Below, piece by piece: positions 45,654-55,900 of a DNA stretch of 64,000 bases (positions are counted from its first letter, which is position 1; every line of letters begins with the position of its first letter). The notes under the pieces are model-generated. The model saw only the letters and a program-made list of their open reading frames with translations. It had not been told where the DNA came from and searched no databases. Position numbers and translations under genes: made by a program. Source of the DNA: a virus (Duplodnaviria > Heunggongvirae > Uroviricota > Caudoviricetes); the IMG/VR virus record IMGVR_UViG_3300044673_000278, positions 123,694 to 187,693 of that record. One strand, given 5' to 3'.

Positions 45654-47159
45654 ATGGCACAAGAAACGGAACGCAGTAGAGGTCGGCCGCAGAATTACAA
45701 GTTAGATCGCGGCGGAGTACCTGCGGAACCAGGTCCATTTATTGGTATAGTAATGAACAACGTAGACCCTGCCCGATCTGGCAGACTACAAGTGTACATC
45801 GAAGCGTTCGGTACCGGGGATATCAACGATTCTAGCAAATGGGTACGTGTAAGATACTTGCCGCCATTTTACGGTGCTACACCTGCTGGCAAGACACCCG
45901 GCACAGGGCCCGGAACATATCCAGGTAATCAAAACAGTTATGGCATGTGGTTTACTCCGCCAGACATTGGTGTCAAAGTACTGTGCTTCTTTGTCAACGG
46001 TGACAGAAGCGAAGGTGGATACTATGTTGGTGTAGTACCCGAAAATGGTGTAAGTCACATGGTTCCTGCCATTGGTGCAGAAGCCAACTACATTGTAGGC
46101 AACAAAAACCAAGAAAGTTATTTTGCTGATAGCCCGTTGTTGCCTGTGACAGAAATCAATACCAACAACAAACAGCTAGACAACGCTGGCAGATTTTACG
46201 ATCAAGCCAAACCAGTTCACGGTGTTGTAGCGTCAGCAATGTTCCAGCAAGGACTAAACAACGACGTTGAACGTGGACCTGTGCGCAGTAGCAGTCAGCG
46301 CGAATCTCCGTCTGCGGTATTTGGAATCAGCACACCGGGTGTGGCAGTTTATCAAGGCGGCTTGACTCCACAAGATATACGAGAAAAACTCAACGCAGGT
46401 GAAGTAAAGCCTTCTGATGTGGGTGTAATTGGACGCATGGGCGGTCATACCTTGGTCATGGACGACGGCGACATAGACGGCAACAATCAAATGTTGCGTT
46501 TGCGCACAGCCAAAGGTCATCAAATCACCATGAATGACACAGGTAACTTCTTGTACATCATTCATGCCAACGGGCAAACTTGGATTGAACTAGGGGTAGA
46601 AGGCACAGTTGATGTGTTCAGCACTAACTCTGTGAACATACGTACACAGGGAGATATCAACTTGCATGCCGACCGTGACATCAACATGTACGCTGGTAGA
46701 GATTTCAAAGTCAAAGCCAATGCCAACATCACCATGGAAGCAGTGGTCAACACCACAATTACGGCACAAGCAGATTTGAAACTGTACAGCAAAGCCACCA
46801 TTGGAGTCAAAGCCGATGGATCATTGGCATTGAACAGCGAAGGCGGCTCATGGGCCGCTGGCGGCAGTTTGATCGTGAGTGCAGGTGGAATTGACCTCAA
46901 TGGTCCTGCTGCTCCTGCTGTGGAAGCGCCGCGCCCATTGCAAAAAACCAAGTTAGATGATACTGCATTTGATAACCTCAAAGGCTGGCAAGTTGAAAAA
47001 GAAATGCTAGAAAGCATTGTGGGACGAGCACCCACACACGAACCATACCCATATCACAACAAAGGTGTGGACGTTGAAGTTGCGTTTGAAGAAGGAACAC
47101 CAAGTCCGCCGCCAGGCGCACCGCCTGTTCCTGCTGGTGTAGAGATTGTGAGGGTATAA
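45654..47159 (+). CDS. gp5: Baseplate central spike (gp5-like OB-fold plus beta-helix), 501 aa
   Basis: GIVMNNVDPARSGRLQVYI, YGMWFTPPDIGVKVLCFF, GHTLVMDDG, RTAKGHQI.MND, short beta repeats, RAPTHEPYPYH. Confidence 0.8.
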   Translation: MAQETERSRGRPQNYKLDRGGVPAEPGPFIGIVMNNVDPARSGRLQVYIEAFGTGDINDSSKWVRVRYLPPFYGATPAGKTPGTGPGTYPGNQNSYGMWFTPPDIGVKVLCFFVNGDRSEGGYYVGVVPENGVSHMVPAIGAEANYIVGNKNQESYFADSPLLPVTEINTNNKQLDNAGRFYDQAKPVHGVVASAMFQQGLNNDVERGPVRSSSQRESPSAVFGISTPGVAVYQGGLTPQDIREKLNAGEVKPSDVGVIGRMGGHTLVMDDGDIDGNNQMLRLRTAKGHQITMNDTGNFLYIIHANGQTWIELGVEGTVDVFSTNSVNIRTQGDINLHADRDINMYAGRDFKVKANANITMEAVVNTTITAQADLKLYSKATIGVKADGSLALNSEGGSWAAGGSLIVSAGGIDLNGPAAPAVEAPRPLQKTKLDDTAFDNLKGWQVEKEMLESIVGRAPTHEPYPYHNKGVDVEVAFEEGTPSPPPGAPPVPAGVEIVRV

Positions 47160-47160
47160 A

Positions 47161-48777
47161 ATGGGCAGTTTTGTCTTTAATTTACCAACAGCTGGTGCAG
47201 CAAATCTTGGTGCCAATATTGATGCCAATTTGTACGCCAAGACCAAAGATTCTGATTTGACCTATGGCGGCGACGATACCATTGTGTGGGACAGAATCGA
47301 TGCTGAACGACAGCGTCGAGGATTACCAGGGCTAGCAGCAATAGGTTCGCCTCGTCCACCAGAAGAAGAAACGCCTACAACTTCTGATTCAGGCGGCGGA
47401 ACTTTTGAAGTCAAAGGGCCACCTGGCATGACCTTTGAACAAGCCAAAGCCATATTTGATCAACAAGTTGCTGCTGGCAGTTTTGTGGGATTCAAACCCG
47501 GTGACGTGTTGAACGCAGCAAGTCAAGCCGCTGCTGGCCTGCCTGGCGCAGCATCACAACTGACTCAGTCTCTAACTGGCACTACCAGTATAATCAACGG
47601 TTCTGTGATCAACAACGCTGTTGGAAAAATTGGAGGACAAGTATCGCAAGCAGTTAATCAAGCAGTGTCTGTGGCCAAGCAAGCTGTGAGCACAGTGACT
47701 GGCGTGCTGAGTAAAGTTCCTGTAACCGACGGAATTAACACCGCAGACTTTGCAAAACAAGTACCTGCGTTGACATCCATGGGCAGTTTGACCGCAGTAG
47801 ATGTTAGGGCAGGCCTAGCACAAGCATCCAAATTGGTAGGACAACCCGCTGACAAGATTACTGACGCTGTGGGAGTTGGCAAGTTTGGGCTCGATGCTAC
47901 TCAACTAGAAGCAGCAGGTGTTCTCAAACCAGGTGTAGCAGCACAGTATCTGCAAAGTGGCGCTAACTCTTTGACCAGTGTGCTAAAAAGTCCCACAGTG
48001 TTTACGGGCAAAGACGGTATAAAGTCGCTGACAGATCTGTTGAAGTCAGATTCAAAACAAAACGCAATACAACAAAACTTAATGGCTCAAGGACTCAGTG
48101 GATTAAAACAAGTGGGCATACCCACTGACAGTTTGAATCCTTCTGCCCTCACTGGCACAGTATTAAACGCAGCCAAAAGCCTACCTAACACAGTTGATTG
48201 GGCTAAAGGACTGCCATTGCCGCCGGGGGTAAAGACATCATTTGACACTGTGGCTAGAGACTCTGCTTTTGCCGTGGATTTTGCCAAGCAAAAAGTTGAC
48301 AACAGTTTGAAACAAGAGATTGTACCTACACCAGCCAGCGACACAGTCAACAGAGAAACACTGAATGCAGCAGCCACCAGAGTAGTAGGCAATGACAAAG
48401 TGCCGCCTGTGAGTTACAGCAGCAAGACCACACAAAGAACGCCAAGAGAACTTGACGCTGCAATATCTGTGATTCTCAACAATATAAACATTTTGATAGA
48501 TGCCAGCATTGTGGTAATGAGTAAATCTGACCGCACACGAGCAGAAACCAACAGTTACAACGCTGATATTAGAAATCTTGAATTGCTGATTGCTGACTTG
48601 CAAGCAGCCGATGGACAACTGCTGGAAATTGTTAGAGAATCCAACGCACTTGAACCGCCGTTCCCAGCCATTACAGCAAGAGCTGAAACAATAATAGAAA
48701 AAGCCAAAAAAGCCATTGCAGTTATACAAAGTGCAATAGATTCTTTACGCAGGACTGTGGCTAACTTATCAGCCTAA
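47161..48777 (+). CDS. gp5-adjacent protein with possible lysozyme-like domain, 538 aa
   Basis: VGKFGLDATQLEAAGVLKPG...FTGKDGIKSLTDLL..Q pattern; C-terminal coiled coil. Confidence 0.45.
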   Translation: MGSFVFNLPTAGAANLGANIDANLYAKTKDSDLTYGGDDTIVWDRIDAERQRRGLPGLAAIGSPRPPEEETPTTSDSGGGTFEVKGPPGMTFEQAKAIFDQQVAAGSFVGFKPGDVLNAASQAAAGLPGAASQLTQSLTGTTSIINGSVINNAVGKIGGQVSQAVNQAVSVAKQAVSTVTGVLSKVPVTDGINTADFAKQVPALTSMGSLTAVDVRAGLAQASKLVGQPADKITDAVGVGKFGLDATQLEAAGVLKPGVAAQYLQSGANSLTSVLKSPTVFTGKDGIKSLTDLLKSDSKQNAIQQNLMAQGLSGLKQVGIPTDSLNPSALTGTVLNAAKSLPNTVDWAKGLPLPPGVKTSFDTVARDSAFAVDFAKQKVDNSLKQEIVPTPASDTVNRETLNAAATRVVGNDKVPPVSYSSKTTQRTPRELDAAISVILNNINILIDASIVVMSKSDRTRAETNSYNADIRNLELLIADLQAADGQLLEIVRESNALEPPFPAITARAETIIEKAKKAIAVIQSAIDSLRRTVANLSA

Positions 48778-48788
48778 TAAATATTGCT

Positions 48789-49163
48789 ATGACTACATTT
48801 ATCGGCTTCAACACTATCAATCAATTCAAAAAGTTTACACTCACAGACTTTGCATTGATTCAGCGCGACCTGTTGAATGCCTTTAACATACGTCAAGGCG
48901 AACTTCCAGGCCGTCCTGCATATGGCACTGTGATGTGGGACTTCTTGTTTGAAAATCAAATTGAAGAATTAGCCAACAACATTCGCGCCGAAGTAGAGCG
49001 TGTGGTATCTGGCGATCCTAGAATTGTGGTATCAGACATTCAAATATTTCCGCAGCAAAACGGCATTTTGCTACAGATACAAGTCACAGTGGTGCCCACA
49101 GCCAACGCTGAAATACTCAGTATCTTTTTTGACCTACAACAACGTTCCGCTTCCTACGTATAA
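48789..49163 (+). CDS. gp25: Baseplate wedge subunit gp25, 124 aa
   Basis: LIQRDLLNAFNIRQGELPGRPAYGTVMWDFLFE...DPRI; TAAATA (48778-83) 5 nt upstream. Confidence 0.9.
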   Translation: MTTFIGFNTINQFKKFTLTDFALIQRDLLNAFNIRQGELPGRPAYGTVMWDFLFENQIEELANNIRAEVERVVSGDPRIVVSDIQIFPQQNGILLQIQVTVVPTANAEILSIFFDLQQRSASYV

Positions 49164-49184
49164 CTACGCCGTTTTTTACGGCGA

Positions 49185-49190
49185 TAAATA
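49185..49190 (+). promoter_or_regulatory. Late promoter core TAAATA for gp6
   Basis: GATAAATA 18 nt before the ATG with GAGG SD; preceded by a CGCCGT-T5-ACGGCG hairpin. Confidence 0.6.
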
Positions 49191-49208
49191 ATACAGAGGT
49201 TCTACGGA

Positions 49209-52200
49209 ATGGCACAAACTACTAGACAAACAGCTATCTTTGGCGTTGAAGACTGGAAACAGATCTATCAAACATATCGCGAAGCAGACTTTCAAAGCTA
49301 TGACTTTGAAACTCTGCGCAAAAGCTTTATTGACTATATCCGCCTCTACTACCCTGAAACATTCAATGACTATATTGAATCGTCAGAATTCATTGCTTTG
49401 CTGGACGTTATTGCGTTCATGGGCCAAGCTCTAGCCTTCCGTACAGACCTAAACACTCGTGAAAACTACCTAGACACTGCTGAACGTAGAGATTCAGTGG
49501 TGCGCCTTGCTAATCTTGTTAGCTATACACCCAAGCGTAACACAGCAGCCGAAGGCCTGCTCAAAGTATTCAACGTCACAACTACAGAAAATGTTGTGGA
49601 CTATAACGGTGTTAACCTTTCAAACGTCACCGTGAACTGGGCTGATCCCACAAACCCAGACTGGCAAGAACAGTTTACAACCATTATCAATGCTGCATTG
49701 GTTGACAGCCAAAAAGTGGGACGCCCTGGCAATCGTCAAACTATCCTAGGTGTTCGCACTGACGAATATGCAATTAACCTAGTGCCTGGATTCTTGCCTG
49801 TTGTGCCTTACAGCGCAACAGTGGACGGCATCAACATGCCTTTTGAAGCTGTGACTTCTACCACAGTGGGCGCAGACGTAATCTACGAACCCAGCCCTGT
49901 GTCTAGTACCAGTTTCAACGTGCTGTATCGCAATGACCAACTGGGATTCAACTCTGACAACACAGGTTATTTCTTCCTGTTCAAACAAGGTATTTTGCAA
50001 AATCAAGATTTTAACCTTGCAGAGCGCATCGCTAACCGTACGGTTGACATCAACATCGAAGGTGTCAACAACCAAGACCGTTGGCTGTTCCAACTTGACA
50101 ACCTAGGCAATGTAAGTCGTGAATGGACATACGTTGAAAACGTATACACAGCGGCTGCTGAACAGCAGACCACATTGCGTCCAATTTATTCAACTACCAG
50201 CAGAGCCAATGATCAGATCACTATGATTTTTGGTGATGGCGTGTTCTCTGAAATTCCTGTGGGCACATTCCGTGCATACGTTCGTAGTTCCAACGGATTG
50301 CAGTATATTATCAATCCCGAAGAAATGCAGAACGTTGTGATTCCAATCAGTTACACTGATCGCAACGGCAACCTGCAGACTATTACATTTACTTGCGGTA
50401 TCACTCGTCCTGTGACCAATGCACAGGCACGTGAGCCCATTGCTGCGATCAAACAACGTGCTCCTGCTCGTTACTATACACAGAACCGCATGGTCAACGG
50501 CGAAGATTACAACCTATTCCCGTTTACCCAATATAATTCTATCATCAAGTCAAAGGCATTGAATCGTGCTTCGATTGGTACCAGTCGTTATCTTGATCTA
50601 GTGGACAACACTGGCAAATACAGTTCTACCAATACATTCGGCAGCGACGGCGGATTGTGGGAACAAAACATTCTGCCCACAATACTGTTTTCGTGGACCA
50701 ATCGAAATGAAATTGCTGATGTTATTTCTAACCAAGTTCAGCCAGAGCTTACACAAGCTTCGGTAAAACAATTTTACTATGCCAACTTCCCACGCAAGTC
50801 AATAAACACCATTGACGTGGTTTGTACCGCAACTACTCAAACAGTGAACACTATCACAGTGAGTGATGCCACTGCTGCATTGTTTGGTCAATATGTATTT
50901 GACAACATGCCTGTGGTGTTTGGCAATGCCGGTGACGGAGATGTGTTTGGCGGACTAATCGGTGGCATCACATACTATGTACGTCCCGGTAGCTGGAATG
51001 CCACTGCCAAAACTTTTACAGTGAGTTCAATTGCCAACGGTGGTGTATTCCCTCTCAGTACCACCACAGCTAAATCAGTTGCCACTGTGGCCACTGTGAT
51101 CACCGGCGGAACAGTGTGGAATCAAAGCACAACCATAGCCAACGAAACCACAGGTTATTTCAAAACTGCCACAGGAACACCAGTGCTAGTAGGCCCTGAC
51201 TCGGGCACAAATTTTGAATATGCAGTAACAGGCAGCTTGATTAAATTTGTTGCACCTGCAGGCCAATACTTTGATCGTAACAACAAACTACAATCAGGTA
51301 TTCCTACCAAAACAGAACAAAAAACAGAAATTTGGGCCAGTCCAGTACAAGTTATTGGTGACGGCACAAACTCTAACCTAGGTAACTTCAGCAACGGCAC
51401 AGGTCCCATTACTCTTAATAACTTTGTGCCTACCGGCGCCATTGTAGACACTATCATTCCATTGTTTGTGTCCGATTTGCCTGTGAGCATTGAGCAGCAA
51501 ATGGCTGAACAAATCACACTGTTCAGAAACTTTGGCCTGGGCTACGACAGTGATGGCGCTATCACAGGTACACCGTATTCGTGGTATTTGATTCCATCAC
51601 AATACCTTGACGAAAACGCACCTTGGAGTCAAACCAATGCAGGCCAACCAGTACCCGGCGGCGATGCTAGTTGGATGATTCAATTTGTAGTTGAAAATCA
51701 AAACTACACAATTACTTTCCGCGGCCTGGCCTACTACTTTGGTTCTGTACTACAAACTAGATTCTTCTTCTTTGAGGATCAGCAAGTGTACGACAGTCGT
51801 ACAGGCACAGTAATCAAAGACTTTATCAATGTCTTGGCCATGAATAGCCGCCCTGGCGACACACTGGGCGAGCCTTTGCAGAGCGACATACCAGTGACTA
51901 TCATTGGTCAGCCAGTGGAAAGCGACGGCTATGTAGATGACTTCCAAGTGTTGGTCAGTTATCGAGACTCAGACAACGATGGAGTGCCCGACAATCCAGA
52001 TTTCTTTGACGAAATTGTTGGTACAGTGCCTGCTACTGCCAACGCAAGCTCTCCTTGGGTGTTCTTGGAACGCACAGTTGACTTCGACAACCTACAAAGA
52101 TATCTGCTGGTAGACAGTGATAGAGTAGTAAGTCAATACGGAACTTTGGACGAGATTGAATTGGTCAAGACTGAATGGACACCGGGACAAGTGTTCTATG

Positions 52201-52940
52201 CCTACAGCGAAAATACTTTCTACAGACTAAACATCACAGTTACTGGAGTCAGAGAACTTATTGAATTTGAACAAGGTGAGTGGCTTGCACGTTCGGGGCG
52301 CCAAGGCCTGTACTATCAGTATCGTCACAACTCGCCGCTGACTAACCGTATCGACCCAGGCACATCCAACATTATTGACCTTTATGTTGTTACACAGGCC
52401 TACTATACTGCATATCAGAACTGGTTGCGAGATACCACTGGCACCGTAGTAGAGCCTGAACAACCTACCATTGATGAGTTGAACACTGCATATCAAGGAT
52501 TGCAGGACTACAAAATGGTGTCGGACAACATTGTATTGAACTCGGTTACCTTTAAGCCATTGTTTGGCGCCAAAGCATCACCTGAGCTCAGAGCCACAAT
52601 CAAAGTTATTCGTGCGCAAAATTCAACAGCATCTAGTTCAGAGATCAAGTCGGCAGTGCTGGCACAGATGAATGAATACTTCAGTATTGACAAGTGGAAT
52701 TTTGGAGACACGTTCTACTTCTCAGAACTGGCTGCATATTTGCACCGAACTTTAGGAACCATAATTAGTAGTGTGGTCCTAGTTCCTTTAGATCCTCAAA
52801 AAGCTTTTGGCGATCTTTATGAAATCCGATCACAACCTAACGAAATATTTGCCAATGGCGCAACCATTGACAATATTGATGTAATTGAAGCATTGACAAG
52901 TACTAACTTGCGTACCGCAGCCGGCAGTGGAGTAATTTAA
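49209..52940 (+). CDS. gp6: Baseplate wedge subunit gp6-like, 1243 aa
   Basis: SYDFETLRKSFIDYI...NDYIESSEFIALLDVIAF...ENYLDTAERRDSVVRLA.LVSY.PKR; REPIAAIKQRAPARYYTQNRMVNGEDY. Confidence 0.9.
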   Translation: MAQTTRQTAIFGVEDWKQIYQTYREADFQSYDFETLRKSFIDYIRLYYPETFNDYIESSEFIALLDVIAFMGQALAFRTDLNTRENYLDTAERRDSVVRLANLVSYTPKRNTAAEGLLKVFNVTTTENVVDYNGVNLSNVTVNWADPTNPDWQEQFTTIINAALVDSQKVGRPGNRQTILGVRTDEYAINLVPGFLPVVPYSATVDGINMPFEAVTSTTVGADVIYEPSPVSSTSFNVLYRNDQLGFNSDNTGYFFLFKQGILQNQDFNLAERIANRTVDINIEGVNNQDRWLFQLDNLGNVSREWTYVENVYTAAAEQQTTLRPIYSTTSRANDQITMIFGDGVFSEIPVGTFRAYVRSSNGLQYIINPEEMQNVVIPISYTDRNGNLQTITFTCGITRPVTNAQAREPIAAIKQRAPARYYTQNRMVNGEDYNLFPFTQYNSIIKSKALNRASIGTSRYLDLVDNTGKYSSTNTFGSDGGLWEQNILPTILFSWTNRNEIADVISNQVQPELTQASVKQFYYANFPRKSINTIDVVCTATTQTVNTITVSDATAALFGQYVFDNMPVVFGNAGDGDVFGGLIGGITYYVRPGSWNATAKTFTVSSIANGGVFPLSTTTAKSVATVATVITGGTVWNQSTTIANETTGYFKTATGTPVLVGPDSGTNFEYAVTGSLIKFVAPAGQYFDRNNKLQSGIPTKTEQKTEIWASPVQVIGDGTNSNLGNFSNGTGPITLNNFVPTGAIVDTIIPLFVSDLPVSIEQQMAEQITLFRNFGLGYDSDGAITGTPYSWYLIPSQYLDENAPWSQTNAGQPVPGGDASWMIQFVVENQNYTITFRGLAYYFGSVLQTRFFFFEDQQVYDSRTGTVIKDFINVLAMNSRPGDTLGEPLQSDIPVTIIGQPVESDGYVDDFQVLVSYRDSDNDGVPDNPDFFDEIVGTVPATANASSPWVFLERTVDFDNLQRYLLVDSDRVVSQYGTLDEIELVKTEWTPGQVFYAYSENTFYRLNITVTGVRELIEFEQGEWLARSGRQGLYYQYRHNSPLTNRIDPGTSNIIDLYVVTQAYYTAYQNWLRDTTGTVVEPEQPTIDELNTAYQGLQDYKMVSDNIVLNSVTFKPLFGAKASPELRATIKVIRAQNSTASSSEIKSAVLAQMNEYFSIDKWNFGDTFYFSELAAYLHRTLGTIISSVVLVPLDPQKAFGDLYEIRSQPNEIFANGATIDNIDVIEALTSTNLRTAAGSGVI

Positions 52941-55900
52941 TGGCCCGAGTAAGATCAGTAGATTTTCTACCAGAAATTTTTAGAACAGACGCCAACAAGC
53001 AATTCTTGGCAGCTACTCTTGATCAGTTGATCCAAGAGCCTAAGTTCAAAAAAACACAAGGTTATATTGGTAGAACTGTAGGACCGGGTGTAAACCCCAA
53101 CGATCGTTATGTAGTTGAGCCAACCAAAACTAGATCAGATTATCAGCTGGAAACTACAGTTGTTAATCTGCGTCCTGAAACCAACATCATACAAAACGCA
53201 ATCACATACCCAGGCATCAACGATGCCATTCGTCTAGCCGGCGGTAACAGCAGCCGTCCCGATCGTCTGTATGAAAGTGATTACTATACTTGGGACCCGT
53301 TTGTTGATTTTGATACTTTTGTAAACTTCAGTCAATACTATTGGTTACCCAACGGGCCTGACGCTGTGGAAGTATCAGCTTCTACTATTCCTGCCACAGA
53401 AAATTTTGTTGTCACTCGCGAAAACGGGGTATACACATTCTCTGGATTGCCAGGCACAAACCCTAATATTGAGTTAGTGCGCGGCGGCAGCTACACATTC
53501 CAAGTAGCGCAAAATGCCAAAGAAACTGTTAACTATCGCGTGGGCAATCAAGGCAATGCAGCCTACCTTATTGATTTTGTCAGCAACCCCACACTGACAC
53601 TGGCTCGTGGCAACACCTACGTGTTCAACGTTGACACCCAAGGTGTCTATCCTTTCTGGATCAAAACAGCACCTACCACTGGCACTGGCGATGCCTACAG
53701 CATCGGTGTAACACGCAACGGTGCATCAACCGGCCTGGTAACTTTTGTTGTGCCCCAAGATGCTCCTGACACACTGTATTACATCAGTCAGACAGTGTCA
53801 AACATGGGCGGCCAGATCAACATTGTCGATGGCACACCGGGCACAGGTCCTGGATTTTGGATTCAAACCAATCCTGGAGTATCTGGTCGTATTCCCACAA
53901 CACCAAACATCAGCAGTAGAGATGTGTTTGGTGTAGTTAACAATGGCGAAGACCTTGGTGTAGTTACATTTGATGTGCCCACCCGCACTGCACAAGAGTT
54001 TTTCTATAACCTCGATCCCACAGTTCAACCTGTTGACCTAGTTACTGATTTGAATTTTAGTCAAATCAACAATGCAAGACTTGATCAGTTTGTTGCACAA
54101 TACGGCGGCATCGATGGTATTACCAGTCTTGAAGGTAGAAACCTTGTGTTTATTGGCTCCTCAGAGGACGATGCAGCGTGGGAGCGCACTAGCTTTTTTG
54201 ATCCTTTAAATGCTGGACTATCTAACAATGGTCTTCCGGGCAGCTACGATACCTTGACTTACTCTGAAGAGAACTTGATACCTCTAGCTGATCGTCGACA
54301 GATCTGGCAAATCGGCTATGTTGTTGACAACGGCCTTACCTATCTTCGTTTGACCAAACTTACTAACATTGACGAATTACAAAAGTTCAGTGTGAGATAC
54401 GGTAATGTGTACAGCAATACCAATTGGTACAAAACCAACGTTGGAGAAATCAAACAGATTCCGTTGTTGACTGCTGCTCTAAACACATTATATTACCAAG
54501 ACGGTACAGACCCAGAAATTTTTGGTCGCATCACGCTGCTTGAGCAACCCGAAGAGTCTACTCTGTTTATCAACAACATTATTGGACAACCAAACTACAC
54601 TTCTCCCAACGGAGTTGAGTTCACCAACGGACTCAAAGTGGTATTCCGTGGAGATGTACGTCCAGCAAGTTACAAATCAGGCTCAATTGCTTTTACTTGT
54701 ACAGCAACCACTGCTGGTACCAACACAATTACAACTTACAGCACAGAAGATCTATATCCTGGTCTTGCAGTGGTATTCACTGACCCCACCGGCGGACTTG
54801 TCAGCGGCGTAACATACTATGTCAGTTCAGTTGTAAACTTGTTTGAGTTTACTGTGGCTGCTACACCTGGTGGCCTACCTGTGACACTGACCAACAGTAC
54901 AGCTGACTTTGATGCTTTGGCCATAGTTTACAAAGAATATTATGTGTCTGGAGTAGGCACTGGAATCAGACTGTTGCCTGTAACCAACTTTGTTACTCCA
55001 GAGACCTATGTTGAAGCCAGCAACGACAGCAGTTTGCCTGTGCCCGAAGAACCTGATTATCTAACCATCGACCGCGGCAGCAGAGATCTCAATGCCTGGA
55101 GCCGCTCAAACCGTTGGTTCCACATTGATGTTATCAATGCCACATCAGCTTATAACGGCACTATTGCTGTGCTAGACAACAATTTTAGAGCCAAGCGTCC
55201 TATTATTCAGTTCCGCCCAGATCTAAGATTGTACAACATGGGCACACAAGGCAAGCAGCCTGTGGATATCATTGACTTCAACGAAACAGATGCTCTAAGT
55301 AACATTCAAGGTGCTACTAGTTATTCAGTAGACGGATACAGTTTTGTAAACGGTACACGAGTTATTTTTGCCGCCGACGAAGACAACCAGGTCAGAAACA
55401 AAATTTATGTTGTTGAGTTTATTACACCCGACACAGTTGCTCCATTGATTGATCAACCAATCATTAATCTCACACTGGCCACTGACGGTAATGTTGAAAT
55501 AAACGAAAGCACACTGATACTGCAAGGTCAAACCCTACAAGGAAAGACTTACTGGTATGACGGTGTCGAGTGGACCGAAGCACAACAAAAAACTGCAATA
55601 CAACAAGCACCGTTGTTTGACATCTATGATTCAGACGGCGTAAGTTTTGGTAACCGCGCAGTCTATCCAAGTTCAAACTTCAACGGTAGCAAGTTGTTCA
55701 GTTATGCAATAGGTGATACTGGCATTCTAGACACAGTATTGAAATTCCCGTTGAAATATCTAAACATTGCCAACGTAGGCGATATTGTTTTTGACAATAA
55801 TTTCTACGCTGATACTTTTGTGTATACTGTAAACAACGTCAGCACCGAATTGCCTATCAGCCGCGGATATGTTAGAGAATATGCAACTCGCACAACATAT

